The notes below the pieces were generated by a model. It was given only the letters and a program-made list of their open reading frames with translations, ran no database searches and was not told the origin of the DNA. From positions 1-63,401 of the IMG/VR virus record IMGVR_UViG_3300042541_000733: DNA of 63,401 nucleotides; one strand, written 5' to 3'. Numbering within the stretch: the stretch's first letter is position 1; the number at the start of each line of letters is the position of its first letter. This stretch comes from a virus (lineage: Duplodnaviria > Caudoviricetes). Both the position numbers and the translations under genes were made by a program. Shown here in pieces: positions 55,070-63,401 of this stretch.

Positions 55070-55449
55070 TGACCACTATCGTCCAATTCCCTTCCAATCG
55101 TATCGTCCGAGAAGTAGCACCCAACATTGAAGAGATAGAGAAGGCAAAAGAAAAAAGCCTTCAGAAACATGCCGAAACGATTGTTGAAGATTTGATTCTC
55201 AACATCATGGATGCACTTGAAAATTATGGTATTGATACAGATGGCGATACTTTTGAACGAGACTTCACATTCGCTGCCGATGGCTTGAGGGCTACTGTAT
55301 ATCGCTCATTTAACATTGAGCATCCTCTTCATTCGTTTATAGATACAAACGTAACGGTAGTTAAGGCTGAAAGCTTTGATGACTTGAAAGAAAAAATCAA
55401 GAAAATCATTATTGAAGATGCCGAAGAAGTAGTTGACACAAACGAATAG
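55069..55449 (+). CDS. Hypothetical protein
   Basis: IVQFP start; coupled. Confidence 0.75.
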   Translation: MTTIVQFPSNRIVREVAPNIEEIEKAKEKSLQKHAETIVEDLILNIMDALENYGIDTDGDTFERDFTFAADGLRATVYRSFNIEHPLHSFIDTNVTVVKAESFDDLKEKIKKIIIEDAEEVVDTNE

Positions 55450-55461
55450 CTACTATATAAT
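55433..55461 (+). promoter_or_regulatory. Sigma70-type promoter of rnh
   Basis: TTGACA-17-TATAAT. Confidence 0.8.
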
Positions 55462-55480
55462 AGTATGCTAAAGGTGATAA

Positions 55481-56332
55481 ATGATACTGATTGATTTGAA
55501 CCAAGTTCTAATTTCCAATCTCATGCAGCAACTTGGATTTAATTCCAAAATGCAGCTTGATGAGGATCTCATTCGACACATGGTACTAAAGTCTTTGCAT
55601 TCCTACGCAAAGCAGTTTCGCGCAAAGTATGGACAGATTGTCATTTGCTGTGATAGTAAGAAGTACTGGCGAAGAGATGTTTTTCCATTCTATAAGGCTG
55701 GACGTAAGAAAGAACGTGACAGGTCCAATCTTGATTGGAATACAATCTTTGAATGTCTGAACAAGATACGTGATGAGCTAAAAGAGTATTATCCTGGTCG
55801 TGTAATTGAGGTTGAAGGTGCTGAGGCCGATGATATCATTGGCACTCTGACTGTTCGATTTGCTCCAAATGAAGAGGTCCTGATTCTATCGTCTGATAAG
55901 GATTTCGTTCAGCTTCAAAAATATCCCAACGTGACACAATACAGTCCCATCCTCAAGAGATATATCCAGTCTGATAATCCCCACCAATATATTAAGGAAC
56001 ACATTATCCGCGGTGATCGTGGTGATGGCATTCCTAACTTCCTGTCTCCAGACAATACTTTTGCAGCTGGCTCTAGACAGAAAGTTCTAAATAGTAAGAA
56101 GGTGACTGAATGGATTTCTAAGTCTCCAGAAGAGTTCTGTGAGAATGATGTAATGCTGCGTGGATATAAGCGTAATCAGTTGCTTGTTGACCTTGACTAC
56201 ATTCCCGTTGATCTTCGCAATAACATTATGGAAATGTATGACACTGTGAAGATTGGCAACAAACAAAAGCTAATGAACTATTTTATTGAGAAGAGACTAA
56301 GAAACATGATCGAAATTTTAGGTGAGTTTTAA
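55481..56332 (+). CDS. rnh: T4-type RNase H (5'-3' exonuclease)
   Basis: YWRR..YK, EADDII, SSDKDF, GDRGDGIPN. Confidence 0.95.
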   Translation: MILIDLNQVLISNLMQQLGFNSKMQLDEDLIRHMVLKSLHSYAKQFRAKYGQIVICCDSKKYWRRDVFPFYKAGRKKERDRSNLDWNTIFECLNKIRDELKEYYPGRVIEVEGAEADDIIGTLTVRFAPNEEVLILSSDKDFVQLQKYPNVTQYSPILKRYIQSDNPHQYIKEHIIRGDRGDGIPNFLSPDNTFAAGSRQKVLNSKKVTEWISKSPEEFCENDVMLRGYKRNQLLVDLDYIPVDLRNNIMEMYDTVKIGNKQKLMNYFIEKRLRNMIEILGEF

Positions 56333-56760
56333 TGGCCAAAAATATGTACGAAATCTTTGACGAGTTTGAATCCGCAAAGACGAAGCAAGAGAAGATCGAA
56401 ATCTTGCAAAAGAATAAGAACTTTGCACTAACGAACGTTTTGATGTATGCCTTCGATCCAAATATCCATTTTGTGTTTGACAAGGTACCATATTATAAGG
56501 CAGAAGATGTGCCTCCAGGTATGAGCTATTCGTCCATTCATCACGAATTGGATCGGATGTATCTGCTGATAAAGGATCATCCACGCACGTCTCCTAATTT
56601 GACAATGCAACGCCGTGAGCAACTTCTTATCCAGATGCTTGAAGCATTAGAACCACGTGAAGCTATCATTCTTATCAATATGATTCTCAAGAACCTTAAG
56701 ATCAAGGGTCTTGATGCGAAGATTGTTAAGGAAGCTTTTCCAGGCTTACTTCCCGAGTAG
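56332..56760 (+). CDS. Conserved T4-like hypothetical protein
   Basis: RREQLLIQMLE, VKEAFP. Confidence 0.75.
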   Translation: MAKNMYEIFDEFESAKTKQEKIEILQKNKNFALTNVLMYAFDPNIHFVFDKVPYYKAEDVPPGMSYSSIHHELDRMYLLIKDHPRTSPNLTMQRREQLLIQMLEALEPREAIILINMILKNLKIKGLDAKIVKEAFPGLLPE

Positions 56761-56817
56761 TTTACAGTATGATCTATGGTCGAAATATGTTATGTGAGAC
56801 TTTAACGAGGAACTCAT

Positions 56818-57225
56818 ATGTCACGAAAGAGACAAAGATCAAAACTTGCGAAGATAATGCAATCGAATGATGATGCAGCATACTATACAACCATCGAAGA
56901 CTGTGTTAAATGGTTCAATATCATTAACCGCGAAATCTTCGATGGCACTCTTGCACCCCTTCACGAAATCGACATTCGTTGGAGACGCGGCGCCCACGCA
57001 TACTATGAATTCTGGCTCGACACAAAAGATCCAGATTACATGTACGGAAAACTGTGCATGAACAAGCGATACAATTCCAAAAAATTTTTTGTAGAAGTCT
57101 TAGCACATGAGCTTGTGCACCATTACCAGTTCCATAAGGATCGCAAGGTAACCCATGGTGACACTTTCATGTGCTGGACGGAAACATTCAACAAGAGAGG
57201 ACTACGTTTAGTAAAGGCTTATTGA
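56818..57225 (+). CDS. SprT-like metalloprotease
   Basis: N..IFDG, LAHELVH, HG..F. Confidence 0.75.
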   Translation: MSRKRQRSKLAKIMQSNDDAAYYTTIEDCVKWFNIINREIFDGTLAPLHEIDIRWRRGAHAYYEFWLDTKDPDYMYGKLCMNKRYNSKKFFVEVLAHELVHHYQFHKDRKVTHGDTFMCWTETFNKRGLRLVKAY

Positions 57226-57407
57226 CATGAAATACACAAAGAAGATGCGAGACTATGATGATGAAGAACAGGCCGAGCGTGAGCTTAAGAAGCGTCGGCC
57301 AATCCGCAATTGGACCAAAATGTATAGCGAACATGCGGATGACATAGACGAATATGATGATTTTCATAATCACAGATTAAAGTCTTAACTTACGTAGTTT
57401 CACATAT

Positions 57408-57480
57408 ATGAGGTCGGTGCATGACAGATATGCAGGGGTTTACCCTTGAAATCCGCCGGTGCCGATCTTATCTATAGTCT
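57408..57480 (+). promoter_or_regulatory. Phage promoter family, copy F
   Basis: ATGA-N7-GCAT-N7-ATGC plus CTTGAA...TTATCTATAGT. Confidence 0.8.
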
Positions 57481-57501
57481 ATCAGAAACGGAGACTATCG
57501 C

Positions 57502-58137
57502 ATGGCTATCGCTTGGACCGAGCAACACAAGGGTTTTTACGATTCCCAGTCAAATTGGGAAGGTGTAACACTTAAGGTTGAGCACGACCGAAACTACCGG
57601 ATCATGTCCGACGTATGGGGTTCCGCAGACTGGGCCACAGTCTGGGATGAGGCCACAGCGTCTCCCAAGACCATTCTTGTCAATGTATACGATATGAATG
57701 GACCCGACTGGAAGCCCATCCAGATCATGGTGGACGCGACCGACAAAATCCGCGAGAAATACAAGCAATGGAAGATCAACCTGGAGTTTAAGGATCTGCT
57801 GGAAAAAGCCGAAGATGCGGCAATGCGGATCGAGAAAAATTGTATCGCAAAGGTTGTACGTGGCAAAAGCGGCAAAGGTACTATCGGGAAAGTTGTAGTG
57901 AAGATGGATGCAACTTACGGTATGGGCTTTCGCTCTTCCGTTGAACCGAAGCTGGCAATTGCCACCTCTGACGTTAAGGTAAAGAAGGCCTTACGCTCTG
58001 GTAAGGTTGCGGAAGTCTATCAGGACGTAGTTTGGGTTTGGGCTCGCAACTGCCAGCGGGTTGATGTCGTCCAGATTGACAAGGAAGCTCTCCTCCAGCA
58101 AGCTCAGGAGCGGGTGGTACGTACCCTCGCAGCCTGA
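57502..58137 (+). CDS. Hypothetical early protein
   Basis: GGAG RBS downstream of copy F. Confidence 0.8.
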   Translation: MAIAWTEQHKGFYDSQSNWEGVTLKVEHDRNYRIMSDVWGSADWATVWDEATASPKTILVNVYDMNGPDWKPIQIMVDATDKIREKYKQWKINLEFKDLLEKAEDAAMRIEKNCIAKVVRGKSGKGTIGKVVVKMDATYGMGFRSSVEPKLAIATSDVKVKKALRSGKVAEVYQDVVWVWARNCQRVDVVQIDKEALLQQAQERVVRTLAA

Positions 58138-58139
58138 GC

Positions 58140-58236
58140 GACCCGTCTCCAGCCTGCTCCTCCGCGTTCCTAGAGAACCCCAATGAAATCAAGCACTTAG
58201 CTCAGAATGAAAACCCAACAAAATCAAGCACTTAGG
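58140..58236. repeat. Second copy of the 13625-13785 element
   Basis: CTCCAGCCTGCTCCT plus AAATCAAGCACTTAG twice at 35-bp period. Confidence 0.85.
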
Positions 58237-58247
58237 AAAAAGCAGGT

Positions 58248-58329
58248 ATGTTCTGGATGCATACCTACCATGCAAAAAAACATGGATTCCGCCCTTGAAA
58301 AAGTGGGTTGCCGTTCTTATCTATAGTAT
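58248..58329 (+). promoter_or_regulatory. Phage promoter family, copy G
   Basis: ATGT-N7-GCAT-N7-ATGC plus core promoter. Confidence 0.8.
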
Positions 58330-58350
58330 ATGACAATGAGAAAGAGTTCC

Positions 58351-58575
58351 ATGAAGACCTACCGCCCGATCAAGACTGCCCGCGAAAAAGCAAAGTTTCA
58401 CGCTACGGTTGCAAATCATCCTAATGCTAATATTCGATTGGCTGCCAACTATATCGCTGAGGCTTTTCAAGCGGCTCGCAAGGGAGATGTTTCCGATTTT
58501 ATGACTTTCATTTCCCTCGCACAAAAGTTTGCTGAGGATGTTGACTTCTGCAACCCCGAAAGGAACCTTCGCTAA
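58351..58575 (+). CDS. Hypothetical early protein
   Basis: Downstream of copy G; alternative ATG at 58330. Confidence 0.65.
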   Translation: MKTYRPIKTAREKAKFHATVANHPNANIRLAANYIAEAFQAARKGDVSDFMTFISLAQKFAEDVDFCNPERNLR

Positions 58576-58862
58576 TGGCCAAGTTTCGCAAGACCATTCC
58601 CGTTGACGCTTTGCTTGATTATGCCAACGGTTATCTCGCGGCCGATTATCAGGGCGGCGATGATCCCGCTTCGGTCGCTCGGCGCACAGGCATGATTGAT
58701 CTGCTCGAAGCGGCTCTGCTCTCGGCTGGCCGATATTGCGGATACTCTTATCTTGATGATAAGGTGATCACCAAGTCCAAGCCCGGTATTCGCTGGGTTG
58801 AGGGTCAGGCACCGAAACACACCTTCCATGAAACCGATTGCACTCGACGGAGATATGCATAA
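58575..58862 (+). CDS. Hypothetical protein
   Basis: AAGGA RBS, coupled. Confidence 0.7.
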   Translation: MAKFRKTIPVDALLDYANGYLAADYQGGDDPASVARRTGMIDLLEAALLSAGRYCGYSYLDDKVITKSKPGIRWVEGQAPKHTFHETDCTRRRYA

Positions 58863-59026
58863 TGACTGACAAAGTACGGGTATTCGATTACCTAAACGCC
58901 CTGCGTGATTCCGGGATCACCAACATGTTTGGTGCCACTCCCTATGTTCAGCGGGTATTTGATATTCCGCGCAAGGAAGCAATGGATCTGTTGGTCGAGT
59001 GGATGAAAACCTTTGATGACCGATAA
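58862..59026 (+). CDS. Hypothetical protein
   Basis: LRDSGITNMFGA motif. Confidence 0.7.
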   Translation: MTDKVRVFDYLNALRDSGITNMFGATPYVQRVFDIPRKEAMDLLVEWMKTFDDR

Positions 59027-59095
59027 TCTGCTTGACTGTATCCACGGAATGTCGTATAATACCTATATTGCCAGTTAACGAAAGGAAATCATTAC

Positions 59096-59611
59096 ATGGC
59101 TAGAACTAATGGCGTGCCTGCTCACCTTCGTGCCCTTGAGTTGTTCAAAACTCAGGTTACGGTAACTCCAGCCGAACTCGACAAGTTTGTTGGTGCCGGC
59201 GCATATGCGTCCAAATACGTTTGCTACCTGAAGAATGACGGTCATGAGATTACCGTCAACAAGCAGGGTCGCACGGTTGTGTCGTATACCTACGTGAGTG
59301 AGGGTGATTCGGCTTCTCGCTCTAACAAGTGGGTCGCGCCTGCAAAGCGCGGTGCTGCTCCCGCTGCTCGTAAGCAGAAGGCCACCGTTGTCAAGACTGC
59401 AAAGCCTGTTAAGGTGCGCCAGTCGAAGCAGACTGCACCCGCAGCTAAGGCCGCACGAAACGTTCTTCAGGAACGTGCGGATAGGGAAGCAGACGCTATC
59501 CTCGCTCAACTTGGAATGAAGGATGCCGGTGAAATCTCGCATGGTTCCTACTCTGTTGATCCTGATTGGGACTCGATGGACGGTATTGATGTGGCCAACT
59601 TCCTCAAGTGA
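59096..59611 (+). CDS. Hypothetical protein, possible DNA-binding N-domain
   Basis: TTGACT(59032)-17-TATAAT promoter; AAGGA RBS; Ala/Lys-rich linker. Confidence 0.75.
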   Translation: MARTNGVPAHLRALELFKTQVTVTPAELDKFVGAGAYASKYVCYLKNDGHEITVNKQGRTVVSYTYVSEGDSASRSNKWVAPAKRGAAPAARKQKATVVKTAKPVKVRQSKQTAPAAKAARNVLQERADREADAILAQLGMKDAGEISHGSYSVDPDWDSMDGIDVANFLK

Positions 59612-59645
59612 GACTAAATATCTCTATAATAATCGGAGAAAAGAA

Positions 59646-59867
59646 ATGCTAAGACGCTCGCTTTTAGCAGGGTTAACGGCCCTGCCTTTTTTTGCTATTG
59701 TGGCCAATGCTGCTACAACTCAACGCAATAACGCAACATGGAAGGTGCCTTCGGGCGTCAAAAAGATCCGTGTTCGTTCATGGAATCCAGACGGTAGTGT
59801 TGATTTGGATCGTACACTGAATGTTTCACCCAATCAAGTTTTTCGTATTGACGCAATTGAGGATTAA
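59646..59867 (+). CDS. Small exported protein (Tat-like signal)
   Basis: MLRRSLL plus hydrophobic helix. Confidence 0.6.
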   Translation: MLRRSLLAGLTALPFFAIVANAATTQRNNATWKVPSGVKKIRVRSWNPDGSVDLDRTLNVSPNQVFRIDAIED

Positions 59868-60208
59868 GCTATGAATGAACTAGATTTGCTTATTGGCAAG
59901 GTAACATCGCGCGCCTTCGCTATAGGTTTTGGACTTGGTGTTTTGTTTGTACTCTTCGCCGCGATGATAGGTTTTGGACTGCTAAGTCTTATTAATTGAG
60001 GACTAAATTATGCAATGGGTATTGATTGTTTTTGTACATGTTGGTATGTGGGGTAATACAGACTCAGTATCATTGACCAATGTGCCGATGGCTTCTCAGG
60101 AAGTTTGTGAAGCTGCTGGATCTCAACTTGGTGCTCTTGTTAGTGGTACCAAAAAGGAAATAGCCTACGTTTGTGTGAAGAACCAATAATTATGTAAAGG
60201 ATTTTATT

Positions 60209-60400
60209 ATGAAAAATAAATCATTAATTGTTGCCAGTTTGTTAACTGCTGTGACAGGTACTGTTATGCTTGGCGCTACGCCTGCCGTAGCGGCTGAGCA
60301 GGAATCTATTGAAGATTACTGTGATTACCCTCTTGTGAATCCTCGTTTGCCAGAAGACCCTTGTCTTCACGAAGATCATGGCGGTAACTATACATCGTGA
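60209..60400 (+). CDS. Small secreted protein
   Basis: Signal peptide; AAGGA RBS. Confidence 0.6.
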   Translation: MKNKSLIVASLLTAVTGTVMLGATPAVAAEQESIEDYCDYPLVNPRLPEDPCLHEDHGGNYTS

Positions 60401-60933
60401 ACATTTTCGCAATCGATAAAGATCCAATCCAGTCTGCGATGTGGATGGTGGACAAGCATGTGGTCAAGATGATCCTTGAGACCGCACAACTTTTGTCCAC
60501 CGCTCATCGCGTTCTTGATGGCGAACAATATATTGACAAGACCAAGACTGGTCGTAATGTCAAGCGTTGGCGTTTGCCTGATGAGCGTGAGCAACACCTA
60601 TATTCGGCCACGCATGTATCGCATCCTTCGGCTGTGTGGTGCCGCTCATCCAACAACAACTATAACTGGCTCTATTGTCATTTCTTAGGATTGCTGGCCG
60701 AATACACTCATCGATATGGCAAGGTACATAAGTGTGATAGCATGAGTGAATGGCTCATGAGAACACCTCATAACATTCGCGTGTTCTATCTAACACCTGT
60801 AACACCAGCAATGCCTGACGAATACAAAGTGCCAAACGATTCTGTCGCATCCTATCGCAACTACTATCGTGTGGCTAAGGCAAGGATGCACAAATGGACA
60901 AAGCGTGAAACACCGGAGTGGATCAATGACTGA
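60397..60933 (+). CDS. Pyrimidine-dimer DNA glycosylase (DenV-related) family protein
   Basis: MNIF, DKHVVKMILETAQLLSTAH, HP..W, EYTHRYGKVH. Confidence 0.8.
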   Translation: MNIFAIDKDPIQSAMWMVDKHVVKMILETAQLLSTAHRVLDGEQYIDKTKTGRNVKRWRLPDEREQHLYSATHVSHPSAVWCRSSNNNYNWLYCHFLGLLAEYTHRYGKVHKCDSMSEWLMRTPHNIRVFYLTPVTPAMPDEYKVPNDSVASYRNYYRVAKARMHKWTKRETPEWIND

Positions 60934-61369
60934 CTATGAAACAATACGCAAGGACATCTATGAGAGTTTCCATGACACATTTCATAAACTCTATATATCG
61001 GAGTTGAAGGATCAAATCGCTGATAAGGATGAGGTCATCACATCAAATGATCATGTGATTGCTGAACAACAGGCCGAAATCGAACGGCTGAATAATATCA
61101 TTCAGACCATGCGGTACGCGGAAGATGAAGACAAGATAAATGTCTCTATGGAAAACGAGCGGTTGAAAGAAAAGTGTGACAAACAAGCTATGGTTATTCG
61201 TAGAATGTTTGTTGAAGAATTTCCAGACACTTGGTTTGCATGGCATGGATATGGAGAGAAAGATCGAAATGGTCTTCCTCAGTACATCGAGGTTGTACCA
61301 GCACATGGTGTGGGTTGGACTCAGGTATATGAACGAACCGAACGAACAATCAGTATGGAAGGTTCGTGA
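60926..61369 (+). CDS. Hypothetical protein
   Basis: GGAG RBS; coiled coil. Confidence 0.7.
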   Translation: MTDYETIRKDIYESFHDTFHKLYISELKDQIADKDEVITSNDHVIAEQQAEIERLNNIIQTMRYAEDEDKINVSMENERLKEKCDKQAMVIRRMFVEEFPDTWFAWHGYGEKDRNGLPQYIEVVPAHGVGWTQVYERTERTISMEGS

Positions 61370-61551
61370 TGTATGAAGAACTTAACAATAGGGGTCTAGA
61401 TGCTACAGAAAAATTTCTGGATCGTCGGGCCCTTATATTTCTTGAAGAAGCCATTGCTCATTATATTGGTCGATATGGTGTAAAAAAGACACAGGACTAT
61501 CTTCGTTATCAATTGGAATATTTGGATGAGTTTCGCACAGAAGACAAATGA
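61366..61551 (+). CDS. Hypothetical protein
   Basis: Coupled ORF. Confidence 0.6.
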   Translation: MMYEELNNRGLDATEKFLDRRALIFLEEAIAHYIGRYGVKKTQDYLRYQLEYLDEFRTEDK

Positions 61552-61572
61552 CGTTTGCTAAATACAGACAAG

Positions 61573-61830
61573 ATGACAGAACAACCAAGTAACACAAAAC
61601 CAAGCTCAAGAACTAAAAATCTTGTCACAGGCATTTTAATCAGCGGATGGATTCTATCTGTCTTACTGATACTCTCTATTGTATCTGCTTCTGTATATCT
61701 CCAAACAGTATATCCTAATACACCATTGCCTGATACTCTACGAGAGTGGTCGGGCATATCTATTGGATTCTTGTTTGGCAACTTTTTCACTATTATAAAA
61801 GAATATGTGACCGCTAATAACGATTTTTAG
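61573..61830 (+). CDS. Small membrane protein
   Basis: Two TM segments; CTAAATA upstream. Confidence 0.6.
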   Translation: MTEQPSNTKPSSRTKNLVTGILISGWILSVLLILSIVSASVYLQTVYPNTPLPDTLREWSGISIGFLFGNFFTIIKEYVTANNDF

Positions 61831-61854
61831 AATGAAGGATTTATAAATAGTAGC

Positions 61855-62109
61855 ATGATTTACAGTTTCGAAGACCAAGATACTGGCGACGAATTTGAGT
61901 TGGAAATGACATATGATCAACTCAATGAATTCCTTACCAACAACCCTAAGGTCAATCAGACGTTCAGAATCAATCTAGGCGATTCAGTTCGAATGGGCGT
62001 CACTAGACCACCATCAGATTTCTCTAAGTATGTTTTGGGCCGCGTTAAAGAAAACAATCCTTTAGGCGGTGCAGTTGAAAGACGTTATACAATTCCAAAA
62101 GAAATATGA
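61855..62109 (+). CDS. Conserved hypothetical protein
   Basis: TATAAATA at 61842; precedes phoH. Confidence 0.7.
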   Translation: MIYSFEDQDTGDEFELEMTYDQLNEFLTNNPKVNQTFRINLGDSVRMGVTRPPSDFSKYVLGRVKENNPLGGAVERRYTIPKEI

Positions 62110-62135
62110 AATCCAGAAGAAGACTACTATTTTTG

Positions 62136-62177
62136 AAAGGGAGCAATCATTCAGGTGATCCGCTCCCTTTTGTTTTT
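62136..62177 (+). terminator. Intrinsic terminator
   Basis: AAAGGGAGC...GCTCCCTTT then TGTTTTT. Confidence 0.65.
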
Positions 62178-62189
62178 AAAGGAGACAAC

Positions 62190-62906
62190 ATGTCTAGAAA
62201 GCCTAAGAACAAGAAACAACCACAACCAGAAGCACAACAGAAGCAGGCTGCTCATTTCGAATTGAGAACAATCAAGCCTCTCACATCAAATCAGGAGAAA
62301 GCGTTCAGTTCATATCGACAAGGCTATCATCTAATGCTACATGGTTTTGCTGGAACAGGAAAAACATTCTGTGCTTTGTATCTTGCTCTAAATGAAATCT
62401 TGACAGGCAACTCAATATATAATAAAATAATCATTGTTCGCTCGGTTGTACCTTCCAGAGATATGGGATTTCTTCCAGGTTCAATGAAAGAAAAAGCCGC
62501 TGTCTATGAAGAACCATATCGTGAGATTTGCGATAGTTTGTTTGGAAGAGGTGATGGTTACGATATACTCAAGATGAAGGGAATTGTCCAGTTCACAACC
62601 ACTTCATTCTTGCGTGGTATCACATTCAACAAAGCGATTGTAATATTGGACGAAAGCCAGAACTTGACTTTTCAAGAAGCAGACACAGTAATGACACGCA
62701 TGGGTGATGAATCTCGTATCATCGTTTGCGGCGACTTTAGACAGACAGACTTACTAAAGAGACACGAACAAGAAGGCATCACACAGTTGATGGCCATTAC
62801 AAAGCGTATCAATACATTTGAGCATGTGGAATTCATGAAGGAAGATATTGTTCGCTCTGGTTTGGTGAAGTCATATATAATACAGAAAGATGCAATGGGT
62901 TTATGA
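62190..62906 (+). CDS. phoH: PhoH-like ATPase
   Basis: GFAGTGKT, GFLPG, RGITF, DESQN, GDFRQTD. Confidence 0.95.
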   Translation: MSRKPKNKKQPQPEAQQKQAAHFELRTIKPLTSNQEKAFSSYRQGYHLMLHGFAGTGKTFCALYLALNEILTGNSIYNKIIIVRSVVPSRDMGFLPGSMKEKAAVYEEPYREICDSLFGRGDGYDILKMKGIVQFTTTSFLRGITFNKAIVILDESQNLTFQEADTVMTRMGDESRIIVCGDFRQTDLLKRHEQEGITQLMAITKRINTFEHVEFMKEDIVRSGLVKSYIIQKDAMGL

Positions 62907-63401
62907 AGAAATTTAATTTTGTCGAAGGAATGCCCGAGCTTAAACAGCTTGAGGTGGATGAAAGCACTGGAGAGAGGTTTTATATCTCTCCCAACGGTGT
63001 GAAACTTCCATCTGTCACAACTGTCCTCGGGCATTTCAAAAAGAAGGCTATGATCGAGTGGCGCAATCGCGTTGGTCATGAGGAAGCTGATAGAGTTTCT
63101 ACACGCGCGTCCCTGCGTGGAACTAAGTTCCATAATATGATGGAAAGTTACATTCGTGGTGAAGATGGATTCTTGGATGGTGTAATGCCTGACATGAAAC
63201 AATCTTTCAACGATATGAAAGAAACACTTGACTTGATCGACAATATACGCTATATTGAGAGTCCGCTATACAGTGAGAAGCTTGGCGTTGCTGGAAGAAC
63301 AGATGTTATCGCCGAGTTTGGAAAGACACTCTCAATCATCGACTTCAAAACTTCCAGAAAAGAAAAGAAGGAAGAGTGGATAGAAAATTACTTTGAGCAA
63401 T
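62903..63401 (+). CDS. PD-(D/E)xK exonuclease (3' truncated)
   Basis: PSVTTVL, RGTKFH, AGRTD, IIDFKTS. Confidence 0.85.
   Translation, partial: MKKFNFVEGMPELKQLEVDESTGERFYISPNGVKLPSVTTVLGHFKKKAMIEWRNRVGHEEADRVSTRASLRGTKFHNMMESYIRGEDGFLDGVMPDMKQSFNDMKETLDLIDNIRYIESPLYSEKLGVAGRTDVIAEFGKTLSIIDFKTSRKEKKEEWIENYFEQ

Noticed and set aside
62672-63202. 176-aa minus-strand ORF and similar long antisense ORFs
   Set aside because: Shadows of recognisable plus-strand genes
62903-63401. Cas4 of a CRISPR system
   Set aside because: No array or other cas genes; fits the usual T4-like exonuclease next to phoH

Overview
A 63.4 kb fragment of a large T4-like (myovirus) phage genome, almost entirely on the + strand, probably infecting an alphaproteobacterium (inference from a tRNA-His lacking G-1 with A73 and from PstS, Hsp20 and RlpA types). 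It contains the end of a collagen-like tail fibre, auxiliary genes (hsp20, pstS, glycosyl- and methyltransferases), the replication core (gp43, uvsX, gp41, gp61), thyX, class II RNR, rnh, a denV-like gene and phoH. It also holds 32 tRNA or tRNA-like genes covering all 20 amino acids, several structurally atypical, interleaved with unidentified structured RNAs. A 15 kb late cluster encodes putative capsid-targeted, Glu-cleaved (poly)proteins with nuclease, ligase, HAD, nucleotidyltransferase and kinase-like domains, with a lysis module inside it. A 7-copy phage promoter family carries LysR-like operators. Best leads: a possible virion-delivered RNA-repair module, re-wired tRNAs and kissing-loop ncRNAs, an attenuator-like leader in the tRNA array, and an ArfA-like peptide. 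All product calls come from motif recognition by eye; no database searches were run.
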